DNA from: Thalia democratica
Lineage: Eukaryota
Assembly: GCA_965202585.1 (NCBI GenBank)
Contig: CBDBBG010000158.1
Coordinates: forward strand, 1 to 64,000
Length of the DNA: 64,000 nt
Reading direction: 5' to 3'
Shown here: positions 7,876 through 22,425 of the stretch, in pieces
Numbering within the stretch: position 1 is the stretch's first letter
How the letters are laid out: each line of letters starts with the position of its first letter
Made by a program: the position numbers and the translations under genes
Notes under the pieces: model-generated
The model's database searches: none
What the model saw: the letters and a program-made list of their open reading frames with translations, nothing else
Told to the model about the DNA's origin: nothing

Positions 7876-10800
7876 GATGAATGAATAATAAAGCGACCAA
7901 AACGATACTTGCAAGAGTTACTGACTGTGACGAATTGACTGTCGAGCAGTTATGCTTTGCAAGGTACCTTTTACTTCTTAGCATTTTTGCATTAGCATGT
8001 TTGTTTAACACATATATGCTTATAAAAACTTAGTTGTCTTATTACGAATGTTGAAAAAGTTCCAGTAAGAAAGAAACCATATCTAACTTGTTCTAAAAGT
8101 AATTTTTTTTAAAGCATTAGTTTGAAAAGTCCAGAAATAACAGCCTGTATCTTACAGCACACCTCTAAATACATTAAGAAAAACATAAATGAAACAAAAC
8201 ATGTTAACACACTCCCGACTGAGTTTTCCTTTGCCGCTCACCTAAAGTAATAAAGTTTTAACAAAGCACAAGGTTTTTTTTTACCTCAAACTTAAACAAA
8301 GTTTCATTATATCGATTTCATGGAGTTTTGTTAATCGTAAGTTCTATCAAGTATGTTCAAGTTAATTACAGTTTAAACTAATGTGTAAAAAGTAATTTCA
8401 AAAGAATAAAAGAGTTCATTTTGTTTAGCTTTACTAGTTATGATTACTCATAATCAATATACTCATAAGCAATGTACTCAAAACTTTTATTAAACAGACA
8501 ACTAGATAACTTTGTTCTTGCACATACTAGTAACTTACCTTACAACAATGTTTTCCAAACAACCTTTCAAAAACGTACTGTACAGTAACTATGATGATAC
8601 TTGTTTGAAAGTTGTAAACTACGTTTAAACACAAATTTTATTTTCCAGTGTATATGAAAAACTAGTTTAACAGGTAAGTAGTTTAACATTCAATTGGTGT
8701 TTCAAACAACTGATTCAAGCTGTTATACAGTTTAAAAAATAACTGATGCGATTTTGCTCGTTAAACTTAAACCTTGATCAAACTAAGAACTTTAACTTTG
8801 CAGATTTCAACCGAATAAAGTGTGCTGATAAAAGTGAACAAATGGATTTGGTTGTAAATTTTTCAAACAAAATAAAGTTAATTAAATTCAAAGAAGTAAA
8901 TAAGTCGAAAAAGCTTATGAACACTAGCACTAAATTTGAACTTAAACAAAAGCTGATATCTTTTGGATGAAAAATTTTACGTAAAAAAAGAGGTTGGTTT
9001 ATTTTTTAAGCAGCATTATATACAAAATAAAATCGAGTAAGAAAATCGAAATGAAAAAGTTTTGAAGTAAAATTGACAAACTTAGTGTTTGAATAAAGCT
9101 TTGTTTACAATCAGCACTCATAACCTTTCAATCTATCTTTGAAACTTTTTAACTGGAAAATAATGCAACTAGGTTTTTTTTTCAAACTTTGTTTTGTCAC
9201 TTCTCATAAAGTTTTAAAGTCAGTCGAAACAACATAGATACTGACACATATTTTGAAACAACAACAGTACTGTTTTTTAAAGTTTACGATTGAAGTGTTT
9301 ACCAAGTTAAACATGTGTTTTAACTGCTTTACTGCTAATAGTAATTTCCTAGTTTACTCAACCTAGATTAATCATAATGTTCTGTACCATTGATTTCATT
9401 GACTAAATGTTTTGCTTTTCGAAATTCGTAACTAGTTATCTCTAACTTACTGTTAATGTAGTTAAAAACACAGCTTAGGATAAGTTACATTTTATTCTCG
9501 GATGTCGTTAAGAACATAGCTGTTGTAGCAATAACATATAAACTTGAAGCAAAGTAACTGTTATCTTATTCAATTATAGACCATATAAAACAAAGTATTT
9601 GCTTGATTCAAAGTTTTACATTGTAGTTTGCCTATTATGGAACTTGTACTGTCACATAATAGGCTGTAAAAAAATGAAGGCTAAAAAAGTTTTTGTCTTG
9701 CTTTGTCCAATTTTTCTTCTTCTTTACATTTATAAAAACTACACAGCTTAAAGCAACAAGTTACAGTAATTTTGCTTTCTTATGTATAGCGTACTTAAGG
9801 GTAACAAACAAGTGGTAACAAGTTTTTTACTTCTTTTCTTTGTACCATGTTTCAGCTAATCAATTGGTTTATTTCATATGCTTGACAAGATTAGAAAGCT
9901 TAAATCAAGTAAGTAGATGTAAGCTTTGTAAAATAAAAGATTTATTTATACAAGTTCATCATTTTATTAAGGTATTTTGTTTTGTAAATTGCGTACTTGT
10001 TAATAGCGTTCTCTTTCTTTTGAACAAACGATGTTGTTTACATTTATGTGTTACACCAGTTTTGAATTGCTAAGCATGTTTCAGTTGTAGTTTAATTGTA
10101 ATTGAACAGTATTTTTTAAGGACACTAAACATTGTTTGTTATTAACAGTTTAAAACGTTTTCAGTTAATAAGTCAAAGTTTTATTTCTGTTTAAGCGTAC
10201 TATTTTCATTGAAAAATAAAAATAGTTTTTACAGTGACGTAGGCACAGTTTTTTTTAATAAACTAAAAAACAAATGAAATATTGAATTAAAAAATGTCCA
10301 CAAAGTAAGCATGAATAAGAATAAGTTTTATTTGGAAAAGAAAGTTAAAAGGAAAAAGGCCACGAAAAAGACACTCAAGTTAGTTAAAGCTTTTCACTAA
10401 GCATTCGACAATAGTAAGCAATAAAGTAAGGATTAGAGCAGTTATCTAGCTAGAGTTCCTTTCTTAACAGTTGCATAAAAAAAGTACAGTAGAGAAATTG
10501 TAGCGAGCTAGGTATTTAATAAATAATGGGTTTATAGTTTGGAGGGAAATTGTTTTTTGATTCTTTTTCACCACAAAGTTGATTAAGTGTGTGTATTTGT
10601 GTTGTTGAGTTTAGTAGTCATTAGTAGCTTGTGTATTTAATTGGTGATCCACCTAATCTTTAGATTCAAAAAGTACATAGCTTAAAACAAACAAGTATCG
10701 TCGTTTTGAGTTGTCTCATACATAGTTTAAAAAAGAGTTACAAAAAATGGTAACAAGCTGTTCCATTTTTACCTTGGAATCATGTCGTTATTTGTCATAG

Positions 10801-12410
10801 CCACAGAAAAAATGAGTTCAACAAAACAAGTATGAGCTTTGTAAGCAGAAAGATTATTTCAATTGTATGTTTGTTTTAAACAATCACTGTTGTTTACATT
10901 ACTGTTCAACTTTTAAACAGTTTTTTATTGTTTCATTTGCATTCTGATAAGTAAAACTAATACTTATTTGACAATCAGACCTTAAATAAATATCATTGAG
11001 CATTTTTAGTATCAAAGCAAAGTAAATGTTTCTTCTCATTTAATATAATGTCTTATTTAAGCATAATTTTTTATTTAGTGACAGATTGATTTTTTTATTA
11101 AACTAACAACAAATATCTATTGAGTGTTTGAAAAACAAGTTTACAAAGTAAAATGAACTAGAATAAGTTTTGTTTAAACAATAAGTTAAACAAGAAAATT
11201 CCCATTAAAAAACATTTTTACCTAACATTTAAATACTAGTGAAGCAGAAAAACTTATTCTACATTATCAAAAGTAGTTTAAAATGTCAAGTAGAACTACA
11301 AAAACTAAAGTAAGTGTAACTAACTAGTAGAAACAAAAACAGAGAAATTCAGCTTTAGAAAGTTTATTTAGAAGTTATTGAAACACACTAACTGTTACTT
11401 TTTACCAACACGCACAATGTAGATATAAATTTGTACATTTTTTTGTCGCTTAGTTTAAGCTTGTTTGACACTGTTTACTCGACATTAGTAGCTGCTTAAA
11501 TCAACTGGTGGTCCTGATTACTTTAGATATGTAGAAACATAACTTTCAACAAACTACTAGAGTTGTTAAAGGTCAGTAAGTTGTCTCATATCTAGTTAAA
11601 ACAAGTACCTTTTACTTTGAAAACTAGAATAATAAATTACTTAAAAAAGTACAAGCAGTTACTTTTTTGTGTTTTACCAAGTTTCAACCAATGAGCTGGT
11701 TTGTTTTGTGTGTTTATGTTTTGAATTGAAAATGTTTCTTGAATATGCTAAACAGAAGTTAGCTTTGAAAGAAGGAATATGTTATTTTACTTGAAAAACA
11801 CATCTGTAATTTTTTGTCTTGAACAACCATTTTTGTATTCATTTATGTATTCGTAACTTTTTAAAACGTGTTACATGGCTTCAATTGCAGTTAAGTTGAT
11901 AAGAAGAACTCGTTTAAAAAGTTAAAGCTCGGTTGTGTTACTAATAATCAACAACAACTTAAAATAAAGTTACAACTAAGTTTTTGCATGTTATAAGTGA
12001 TATACATTTTTGTTTAAAAAGATGATACTTTTTTGTAAGCACTTATTTATTGAATGTTTCAACAGAACTTCAGCAAATGAATAAAAACAAGTGTTTTGTA
12101 CAAAAAGTATTCAGATGAAAAATCTTACGGACAACAAAATCAAGTTAGTTAAACATCTTTTACAAACCATTTGATTACAAGCACTACTACTGTTTTTAGA
12201 CTAATGCAATGCTTTTTCTACAATATAACGAGTTACAAGTTTATAAAGTATTTGAAACAAAAAAAAAGTGTGTTCATTCAAGTATATGAGTTTTTAATTT
12301 ACACAAATAAGAATTTATTTGTACTAAGCTTATATTCTTGTACTTTAAGTAAACATGAACAGCTGGTTCTATTCAAATGGTGGTCCTGAAAAGGACCGGT
12401 TGTTTAGCGT

Positions 12411-12770
12411 TTATTTTGAGCTGGTGTATTTGGTAACAGCTTTAGTTCCTTCTGAAACTGCGTGCTTTGACAACTCGCCGGGGAGCAAGAGCCTGACAGC
12501 AGTTTGAATTTCGCGGCTGCTAACAGTTGACCTCTTGTTGTAATGAGCCAAACGTGAAGCCTCTGCTGCAATGCGCTCGAAGATGTCGTTGACAAATGAG
12601 TTCATGATTCCCATTGCCTTGCTGGAAATTCCGGTGTCGGGGTGCACTTGCTTCAAAACTTTGTACACATAGATGCCAAAGCTTTCTTTGTTCCTCCTCC
12701 TTCGCTTCTTCTTGCCGTCGACCGGAGCGGTCTTGGCTACTGACTTCTTCGCGCCTTTGGTTGCTGTCAT
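12411..12770 (-). CDS. H2B: Histone H2B (copy 2)
   Basis: Same protein as copy 1. Confidence 0.98.
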   Translation of the reverse strand: MTATKGAKKSVAKTAPVDGKKKRRRRNKESFGIYVYKVLKQVHPDTGISSKAMGIMNSFVNDIFERIAAEASRLAHYNKRSTVSSREIQTAVRLLLPGELSKHAVSEGTKAVTKYTSSK

Positions 12771-12934
12771 GATGATGTGTGGACTTCTGTCTCGGCGCCA
12801 GTTTATATGCTGAAAAATTATGCAAATTAGCATAGTTCCGTACGCGAACGATAGCTGGTTTCTCTCACTTCACAATTCTCTCGTTTGTTGTAAATATTTT
12901 GGTGGTCCTGAAAAGGACCTGGTTTTTTTTTAAC

Positions 12935-13315
12935 TTAGGCTGACTTTTTTGAAGCGGTCTTCTTAGGCAATAGTACTGCCTGGATGTTTGGAAGAACACC
13001 ACCTTGAGCAATTGTGACGCCTCCGAGAAGTTTGTTCAACTCTTCGTCGTTGCGAATAGCTAGTTGCAAATGGCGAGGAATGATCCTGCTTTTCTTGTTG
13101 TCACGAGCAGCGTTACCGGCAAGCTCGAGCACTTCTGCGCTCAAGTACTCGAGAACGGCAGCCAGATAAACTGGAGCACCAGCTCCGACTCTTTGGCTGT
13201 AGTTGCCGGTGCGCAACAGGCGGTGCACGCGACCGACTGGAAACTGCAGTCCTGCACGGGAAGACCTGCTCTTCGGCTTAGATTTGAGTTTTGATCCTTT
13301 ACCACGTCCTGACAT
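12935..13315 (-). CDS. H2A: Histone H2A (copy 2)
   Basis: Same protein as copy 1. Confidence 0.98.
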   Translation of the reverse strand: MSGRGKGSKLKSKPKSRSSRAGLQFPVGRVHRLLRTGNYSQRVGAGAPVYLAAVLEYLSAEVLELAGNAARDNKKSRIIPRHLQLAIRNDEELNKLLGGVTIAQGGVLPNIQAVLLPKKTASKKSA

Positions 13316-13497
13316 TTTGTTGTTCGAATGATTGTGATGATAGCTTGCACAGCTCACTATAAAACTCATACCTAACCGCGTCGAACGAAAAACTAATTTG
13401 CATATGTCATAGCTAATGCTTAATCTTGTCAAAAGTGTTGTAAAACTTTTATATTGAATTAGGTGGTCCTAAAAAGGACCGGGTTTGCTAAAAGCGA

Positions 13498-13845
<348 letters not shown>

Positions 13846-13997
13846 TTATATACAAGCTGTTACGGACGCGTACGGTTACTACTAACTAATTTGCATACTC
13901 AAAAAAGTCTCTTAACTTACATTTTTTCGTTCGGTTAAGTTTTTCTCACTGTCAAAGTTTTAAGGTGGCCCTGAAAAGGACCGGTTTTAGCTAACGC

Positions 13998-14489
<492 letters not shown>

Positions 14490-14589
14490 CTAATTTGCAT
14501 ATTTTCAACTTAGCATTGTTTTATGCATTTCGAGTTGCGTTATATTTTGTTTGAGTGGTCCTGAAAAGGACCTTGGGTAAAAGAACAAC

Positions 14590-15150
14590 TTATTTTTTGC
14601 AGCTCTTCTTCTTGGATGCTTTTTTGGCTGCCGGCTTCTTCTTGGTTACTTTCTTCTTCTTGCTTGCAGCTTTTTTAGATGCTGCCTTCTTAGGAGCGCA
14701 CTTTTTAGCAGGTCGCTTTTTGGCTGCTGGTTTTTTTGCAGCCTTCTTGGGAGCACACTTCTTTTTTGGTTTTTTAGCTGCGGCCTTCTTTGCTGCTGGC
14801 TTTTTAGCTACTTTCTTTGTCCTCTTCTTGGGCCCAGCAGCTGGCATTGGAGCAAGCTTGAACGAGCCAGAAGCGCCTTTTCCAGTTGTCTGGAGAAAAG
14901 CACCTTTGGTCACGCCGCTGGTAAGTGCTCTCTTCAAGTGAGAATTGGAAGCTGTGAGGTCAAGCTTGTAGGTGTCCGCAATAAACTTTTGTATCTTCTG
15001 GCGGGATGTACCTTTTCGTTCCTTCATTGCTCCAAGGGCAGAGCTAATCATTTCCCTGTAAGTAGGGTGCTCTGCCTTCTTGGCGCTTGGTCTCTTGGAG
15101 GACCTGGCTGCGGCTGGCGCTGGTACTGCTGCTACTGCTGTGGTAGACAT
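14590..15150 (-). CDS. H1: Histone H1 (copy 3)
   Basis: Same protein as copy 1. Confidence 0.97.
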   Translation of the reverse strand: MSTTAVAAVPAPAAARSSKRPSAKKAEHPTYREMISSALGAMKERKGTSRQKIQKFIADTYKLDLTASNSHLKRALTSGVTKGAFLQTTGKGASGSFKLAPMPAAGPKKRTKKVAKKPAAKKAAAKKPKKKCAPKKAAKKPAAKKRPAKKCAPKKAASKKAASKKKKVTKKKPAAKKASKKKSCKK

Positions 15151-18100
15151 GATGAATGAATAATAAAGCGACCAAAACGATACTTGCAAGAGTTACTGAC
15201 TGTGACGAATTGACTGTCGAGCAGTTATGCTTTGCAAGGTACCTTTTACTTCTTAGCATTTTTGCATTAGCATGTTTGTTTAACACATATATGCTTATAA
15301 AAACTTAGTTGTCTTATTACGAATGTTGAAAAAGTTCCAGTAAGAAAGAAACCATATCTAACTTGTTCTAAAAGTAATTTTTTTTAAAGCATTAGTTTGA
15401 AAAGTCCAGAAATAACAGCCTGTATCTTACAGCACACCTCTAAATACATTAAGAAAAACATAAATGAAACAAAACATGTTAACACACTCCCGACTGAGTT
15501 TTCCTTTGCCGCTCACCTAAAGTAATAAAGTTTTAACAAAGCACAAGGTTTTTTTTTACCTCAAACTTAAACAAAGTTTCATTATATCGATTTCATGGAG
15601 TTTTGTTAATCGTAAGTTCTATCAAGTATGTTCAAGTTAATTACAGTTTAAACTAATGTGTAAAAAGTAATTTCAAAAGAATAAAAGAGTTCATTTTGTT
15701 TAGCTTTACTAGTTATGATTACTCATAATCAATATACTCATAAGCAATGTACTCAAAACTTTTATTAAACAGACAACTAGATAACTTTGTTCTTGCACAT
15801 ACTAGTAACTTACCTTACAACAATGTTTTCCAAACAACCTTTCAAAAACGTACTGTACAGTAACTATGATGATACTTGTTTGAAAGTTGTAAACTACGTT
15901 TAAACACAAATTTTATTTTCCAGTGTATATGAAAAACTAGTTTAACAGGTAAGTAGTTTAACATTCAATTGGTGTTTCAAACAACTGATTCAAGCTGTTA
16001 TACAGTTTAAAAAATAACTGATGCGATTTTGCTCGTTAAACTTAAACCTTGATCAAACTAAGAACTTTAACTTTGCAGATTTCAACCGAATAAAGTGTGC
16101 TGATAAAAGTGAACAAATGGATTTGGTTGTAAATTTTTCAAACAAAATAAAGTTAATTAAATTCAAAGAAGTAAATAAGTCGAAAAAGCTTATGAACACT
16201 AGCACTAAATTTGAACTTAAACAAAAGCTGATATCTTTTGGATGAAAAATTTTACGTAAAAAAAGAGGTTGGTTTATTTTTTAAGCAGCATTATATACAA
16301 AATAAAATCGAGTAAGAAAATCGAAATGAAAAAGTTTTGAAGTAAAATTGACAAACTTAGTGTTTGAATAAAGCTTTGTTTACAATCAGCACTCATAACC
16401 TTTCAATCTATCTTTGAAACTTTTTAACTGGAAAATAATGCAACTAGGTTTTTTTTTCAAACTTTGTTTTGTCACTTCTCATAAAGTTTTAAAGTCAGTC
16501 GAAACAACATAGATACTGACACATATTTTGAAACAACAACAGTACTGTTTTTTAAAGTTTACGATTGAAGTGTTTACCAAGTTAAACATGTGTTTTAACT
16601 GCTTTACTGCTAATAGTAATTTCCTAGTTTACTCAACCTAGATTAATCATAATGTTCTGTACCATTGATTTCATTGACTAAATGTTTTGCTTTTCGAAAT
16701 TCGTAACTAGTTATCTCTAACTTACTGTTAATGTAGTTAAAAACACAGCTTAGGATAAGTTACATTTTATTCTCGGATGTCGTTAAGAACATAGCTGTTG
16801 TAGCAATAACATATAAACTTGAAGCAAAGTAACTGTTATCTTATTCAATTATAGACCATATAAAACAAAGTATTTGCTTGATTCAAAGTTTTACATTGTA
16901 GTTTGCCTATTATGGAACTTGTACTGTCACATAATAGGCTGTAAAAAAATGAAGGCTAAAAAAGTTTTTGTCTTGCTTTGTCCAATTTTTCTTCTTCTTT
17001 ACATTTATAAAAACTACACAGCTTAAAGCAACAAGTTACAGTAATTTTGCTTTCTTATGTATAGCGTACTTAAGGGTAACAAACAAGTGGTAACAAGTTT
17101 TTTACTTCTTTTCTTTGTACCATGTTTCAGCTAATCAATTGGTTTATTTCATATGCTTGACAAGATTAGAAAGCTTAAATCAAGTAAGTAGATGTAAGCT
17201 TTGTAAAATAAAAGATTTATTTATACAAGTTCATCATTTTATTAAGGTATTTTGTTTTGTAAATTGCGTACTTGTTAATAGCGTTCTCTTTCTTTTGAAC
17301 AAACGATGTTGTTTACATTTATGTGTTACACCAGTTTTGAATTGTTAAGCATGTTTCAGTTGTAGTTTAATTGTAATTGAACAGTATTTTTTAAGGACAC
17401 TAAACATTGTTTGTTATTAACAGTTTAAAACGTTTTCAGTTAATAAGTCAAAGTTTTATTTCTGTTTAAGCGTACTATTTTCATTGAAAAATAAAAATAG
17501 TTTTTACAGTGACGTAGGCACAGTTTTTTTTAATAAACTAAAAAACAAATGAAATATTGAATTAAAAAATGTCCACAAAGTAAGCATGAATAAGAATAAG
17601 TTTTATTTGGAAAAGAAAGTTAAAAGGAAAAAGGCCACGAAAAAGACACTCAAGTTAGTTAAAGCTTTTCACTAAGCATTCGACAATAGTAAGCAATAAA
17701 GTAAGGATTAGAGCAGTTATCTAGCTAGAGTTCCTTTCTTAACAGTTGCATAAAAAAAGTACAGTAGAGAAATTGTAGCGAGCTAGGTATTTAATAAATA
17801 ATGGGTTTATAGTTTGGAGGGAAATTGTTTTTTGATTCTTTTTCACCACAAAGTTGATTAAGTGTGTGTATTTGTGTTGTTGAGTTTAGTAGTCATTAGT
17901 AGCTTGTGTATTTAATTGGTGATCCACCTAATCTTTAGATTCAAAAAGTACATAGCTTAAAACAAACAAGTATCGTCGTTTTGAGTTGTCTCATACATAG
18001 TTTAAAAAAGAGTTACAAAAAATGGTAACAAGCTGTTCCATTTTTACCTTGGAATCATGTCGTTATTTGTCATAGCCACAGAAAAAATGAGTTCAACAAA

Positions 18101-19685
18101 ACAAGTATGAGCTTTGTAAGCAGAAAGATTATTTCAATTGTATGTTTGTTTTAAACAATCACTGTTGTTTACATTACTGTTCAACTTTTAAACAGTTTTT
18201 TATTGTTTCATTTGCATTCTGATAAGTAAAACTAATACTTATTTGACAATCAGACCTTAAATAAATATCATTGAGCATTTTTAGTATCAAAGCAAAGTAA
18301 ATGTTTCTTCTCATTTAATATAATGTCTTATTTAAGCATAATTTTTTATTTAGTGACAGATTGATTTTTTTATTAAACTAACAACAAATATCTATTGAGT
18401 GTTTGAAAAACAAGTTTACAAAGTAAAATGAACTAGAATAAGTTTTGTTTAAACAATAAGTTAAACAAGAAAATTCCCATTAAAAAACATTTTTACCTAA
18501 CATTTAAATACTAGTGAAGCAGAAAAACTTATTCTACATTATCAAAAGTAGTTTAAAATGTCAAGTAGAACTACAAAAACTAAAGTAAGTGTAACTAACT
18601 AGTAGAAACAAAAACAGAGAAATTCAGCTTTAGAAAGTTTATTTAGAAGTTATTGAAACACACTAACTGTTACTTTTTACCAACACGCACAATGTAGATA
18701 TAAATTTGTACATTTTTTTGTCGCTTAGTTTAAGCTTGTTTGACACTGTTTACTCGACATTAGTAGCTGCTTAAATCAACTGGTGGTCCTGATTACTTTA
18801 GATATGTAGAAACATAACTTTCAACAAACTACTAGAGTTGTTAAAGGTCAGTAAGTTGTCTCATATCTAGTTAAAACAAGTACCTTTTACTTTGAAAACT
18901 AGAATAATAAATTACTTAAAAAAGTACAAGCAGTTACTTTTTTGTGTTTTACCAAGTTTCAACCAATGAGCTGGTTTGTTTTGTGTGTTTATGTTTTGAA
19001 TTGAAAATGTTTCTTGAATATGCTAAACAGAAGTTAGCTTTGAAAGAAGGAATATGTTATTTTACTTGAAAAACACATCTGTAATTTTTTGTCTTGAACA
19101 ACCATTTTTGTATTCATTTATGTATTCGTAACTTTTTAAAACGTGTTACATGGCTTCAATTGCAGTTAAGTTGATAAGAAGAACTCGTTTAAAAAGTTAA
19201 AGCTCGGTTGTGTTACTAATAATCAACAACAACTTAAAATAAAGTTACAACTAAGTTTTTGCATGTTATAAGTGATATACATTTTTGTTTAAAAAGATGA
19301 TACTTTTTTGTAAGCACTTATTTATTGAATGTTTCAACAGAACTTCAGCAAATGAATAAAAACAAGTGTTTTGTACAAAAAGTATTCAGATGAAAAATCT
19401 TACGGACAACAAAATCAAGTTAGTTAAACATCTTTTACAAACCATTTGATTACAAGCACTACTACTGTTTTTAGACTAATGCAATGCTTTTTCTACAATA
19501 TAACGAGTTACAAGTTTATAAAGTATTTGAAACAAAAAAAAAGTGTGTTCATTCAAGTATATGAGTTTTTAATTTACACAAATAAGAATTTATTTGTACT
19601 AAGCTTATATTCTTGTACTTTAAGTAAACATGAACAGCTGGTTCTATTCAAATGGTGGTCCTGAAAAGGACCGGTTGTTTAGCGT

Positions 19686-20045
19686 TTATTTTGAGCTGGT
19701 GTATTTGGTAACAGCTTTAGTTCCTTCTGAAACTGCGTGCTTTGACAACTCGCCGGGGAGCAAGAGCCTGACAGCAGTTTGAATTTCGCGGCTGCTAACA
19801 GTTGACCTCTTGTTGTAATGAGCCAAACGTGAAGCCTCTGCTGCAATGCGCTCGAAGATGTCGTTGACAAATGAGTTCATGATTCCCATTGCCTTGCTGG
19901 AAATTCCGGTGTCGGGGTGCACTTGCTTCAAAACTTTGTACACATAGATGCCAAAGCTTTCTTTGTTCCTCCTCCTTCGCTTCTTCTTGCCGTCGACCGG
20001 AGCGGTCTTGGCTACTGACTTCTTCGCGCCTTTGGTTGCTGTCAT
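19686..20045 (-). CDS. H2B: Histone H2B (copy 3)
   Basis: Same protein as copy 1. Confidence 0.98.
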   Translation of the reverse strand: MTATKGAKKSVAKTAPVDGKKKRRRRNKESFGIYVYKVLKQVHPDTGISSKAMGIMNSFVNDIFERIAAEASRLAHYNKRSTVSSREIQTAVRLLLPGELSKHAVSEGTKAVTKYTSSK

Positions 20046-20209
20046 GATGATGTGTGGACTTCTGTCTCGGCGCCAGTTTATATGCTGAAAAATTATGCAA
20101 ATTAGCATAGTTCCGTACGCGAACGATAGCTGGTTTCTCTCACTTCACAATTCTCTCGTTTGTTGTAAATATTTTGGTGGTCCTGAAAAGGACCTGGTTT
20201 TTTTTTAAC

Positions 20210-20590
20210 TTAGGCTGACTTTTTTGAAGCGGTCTTCTTAGGCAATAGTACTGCCTGGATGTTTGGAAGAACACCACCTTGAGCAATTGTGACGCCTCCG
20301 AGAAGTTTGTTCAACTCTTCGTCGTTGCGAATAGCTAGTTGCAAATGGCGAGGAATGATCCTGCTTTTCTTGTTGTCACGAGCAGCGTTACCGGCAAGCT
20401 CGAGCACTTCTGCGCTCAAGTACTCGAGAACGGCAGCCAGATAAACTGGAGCACCAGCTCCGACTCTTTGGCTGTAGTTGCCGGTGCGCAACAGGCGGTG
20501 CACGCGACCGACTGGAAACTGCAGTCCTGCACGGGAAGACCTGCTCTTCGGCTTAGATTTGAGTTTTGATCCTTTACCACGTCCTGACAT
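20210..20590 (-). CDS. H2A: Histone H2A (copy 3)
   Basis: Same protein as copy 1. Confidence 0.98.
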   Translation of the reverse strand: MSGRGKGSKLKSKPKSRSSRAGLQFPVGRVHRLLRTGNYSQRVGAGAPVYLAAVLEYLSAEVLELAGNAARDNKKSRIIPRHLQLAIRNDEELNKLLGGVTIAQGGVLPNIQAVLLPKKTASKKSA

Positions 20591-20772
20591 TTTGTTGTTC
20601 GAATGATTGTGATGATAGCTTGCACAGCTCACTATAAAACTCATACCTAACCGCGTCGAACGAAAAACTAATTTGCATATGTCATAGCTAATGCTTAATC
20701 TTGTCAAAAGTGTTGTAAAACTTTTATATTGAATTAGGTGGTCCTAAAAAGGACCGGGTTTGCTAAAAGCGA

Positions 20773-21120
<348 letters not shown>

Positions 21121-21272
21121 TTATATACAAGCTGTTACGGACGCGTACGGTTACTACTAACTAATTTGCATACTCAAAAAAGTCTCTTAACTTACATTTT
21201 TTCGTTCGGTTAAGTTTTTCTCACTGTCAAAGTTTTAAGGTGGCCCTGAAAAGGACCGGTTTTAGCTAACGC

Positions 21273-21764
<492 letters not shown>

Positions 21765-21864
21765 CTAATTTGCATATTTTCAACTTAGCATTGTTTTATG
21801 CATTTCGAGTTGCGTTATATTTTGTTTGAGTGGTCCTGAAAAGGACCTTGGGTAAAAGAACAAC

Positions 21865-22425
21865 TTATTTTTTGCAGCTCTTCTTCTTGGATGCTTTTTT
21901 GGCTGCCGGCTTCTTCTTGGTTACTTTCTTCTTCTTGCTTGCAGCTTTTTTAGATGCTGCCTTCTTAGGAGCGCACTTTTTAGCAGGTCGCTTTTTGGCT
22001 GCTGGTTTTTTTGCAGCCTTCTTGGGAGCACACTTCTTTTTTGGTTTTTTAGCTGCGGCCTTCTTTGCTGCTGGCTTTTTAGCTACTTTCTTTGTCCTCT
22101 TCTTGGGCCCAGCAGCTGGCATTGGAGCAAGCTTGAACGAGCCAGAAGCGCCTTTTCCAGTTGTCTGGAGAAAAGCACCTTTGGTCACGCCGCTGGTAAG
22201 TGCTCTCTTCAAGTGAGAATTGGAAGCTGTGAGGTCAAGCTTGTAGGTGTCCGCAATAAACTTTTGTATCTTCTGGCGGGATGTACCTTTTCGTTCCTTC
22301 ATTGCTCCAAGGGCAGAGCTAATCATTTCCCTGTAAGTAGGGTGCTCTGCCTTCTTGGCGCTTGGTCTCTTGGAAGACCTGGCTGCGGCTGGCGCTGGTA
22401 CTGCTGCTACTGCTGTGGTAGACAT
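21865..22425 (-). CDS. H1: Histone H1 (copy 4)
   Basis: Same protein; synonymous Ser TCC>TCT at 22375. Confidence 0.97.
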   Translation of the reverse strand: MSTTAVAAVPAPAAARSSKRPSAKKAEHPTYREMISSALGAMKERKGTSRQKIQKFIADTYKLDLTASNSHLKRALTSGVTKGAFLQTTGKGASGSFKLAPMPAAGPKKRTKKVAKKPAAKKAAAKKPKKKCAPKKAAKKPAAKKRPAKKCAPKKAASKKAASKKKKVTKKKPAAKKASKKKSCKK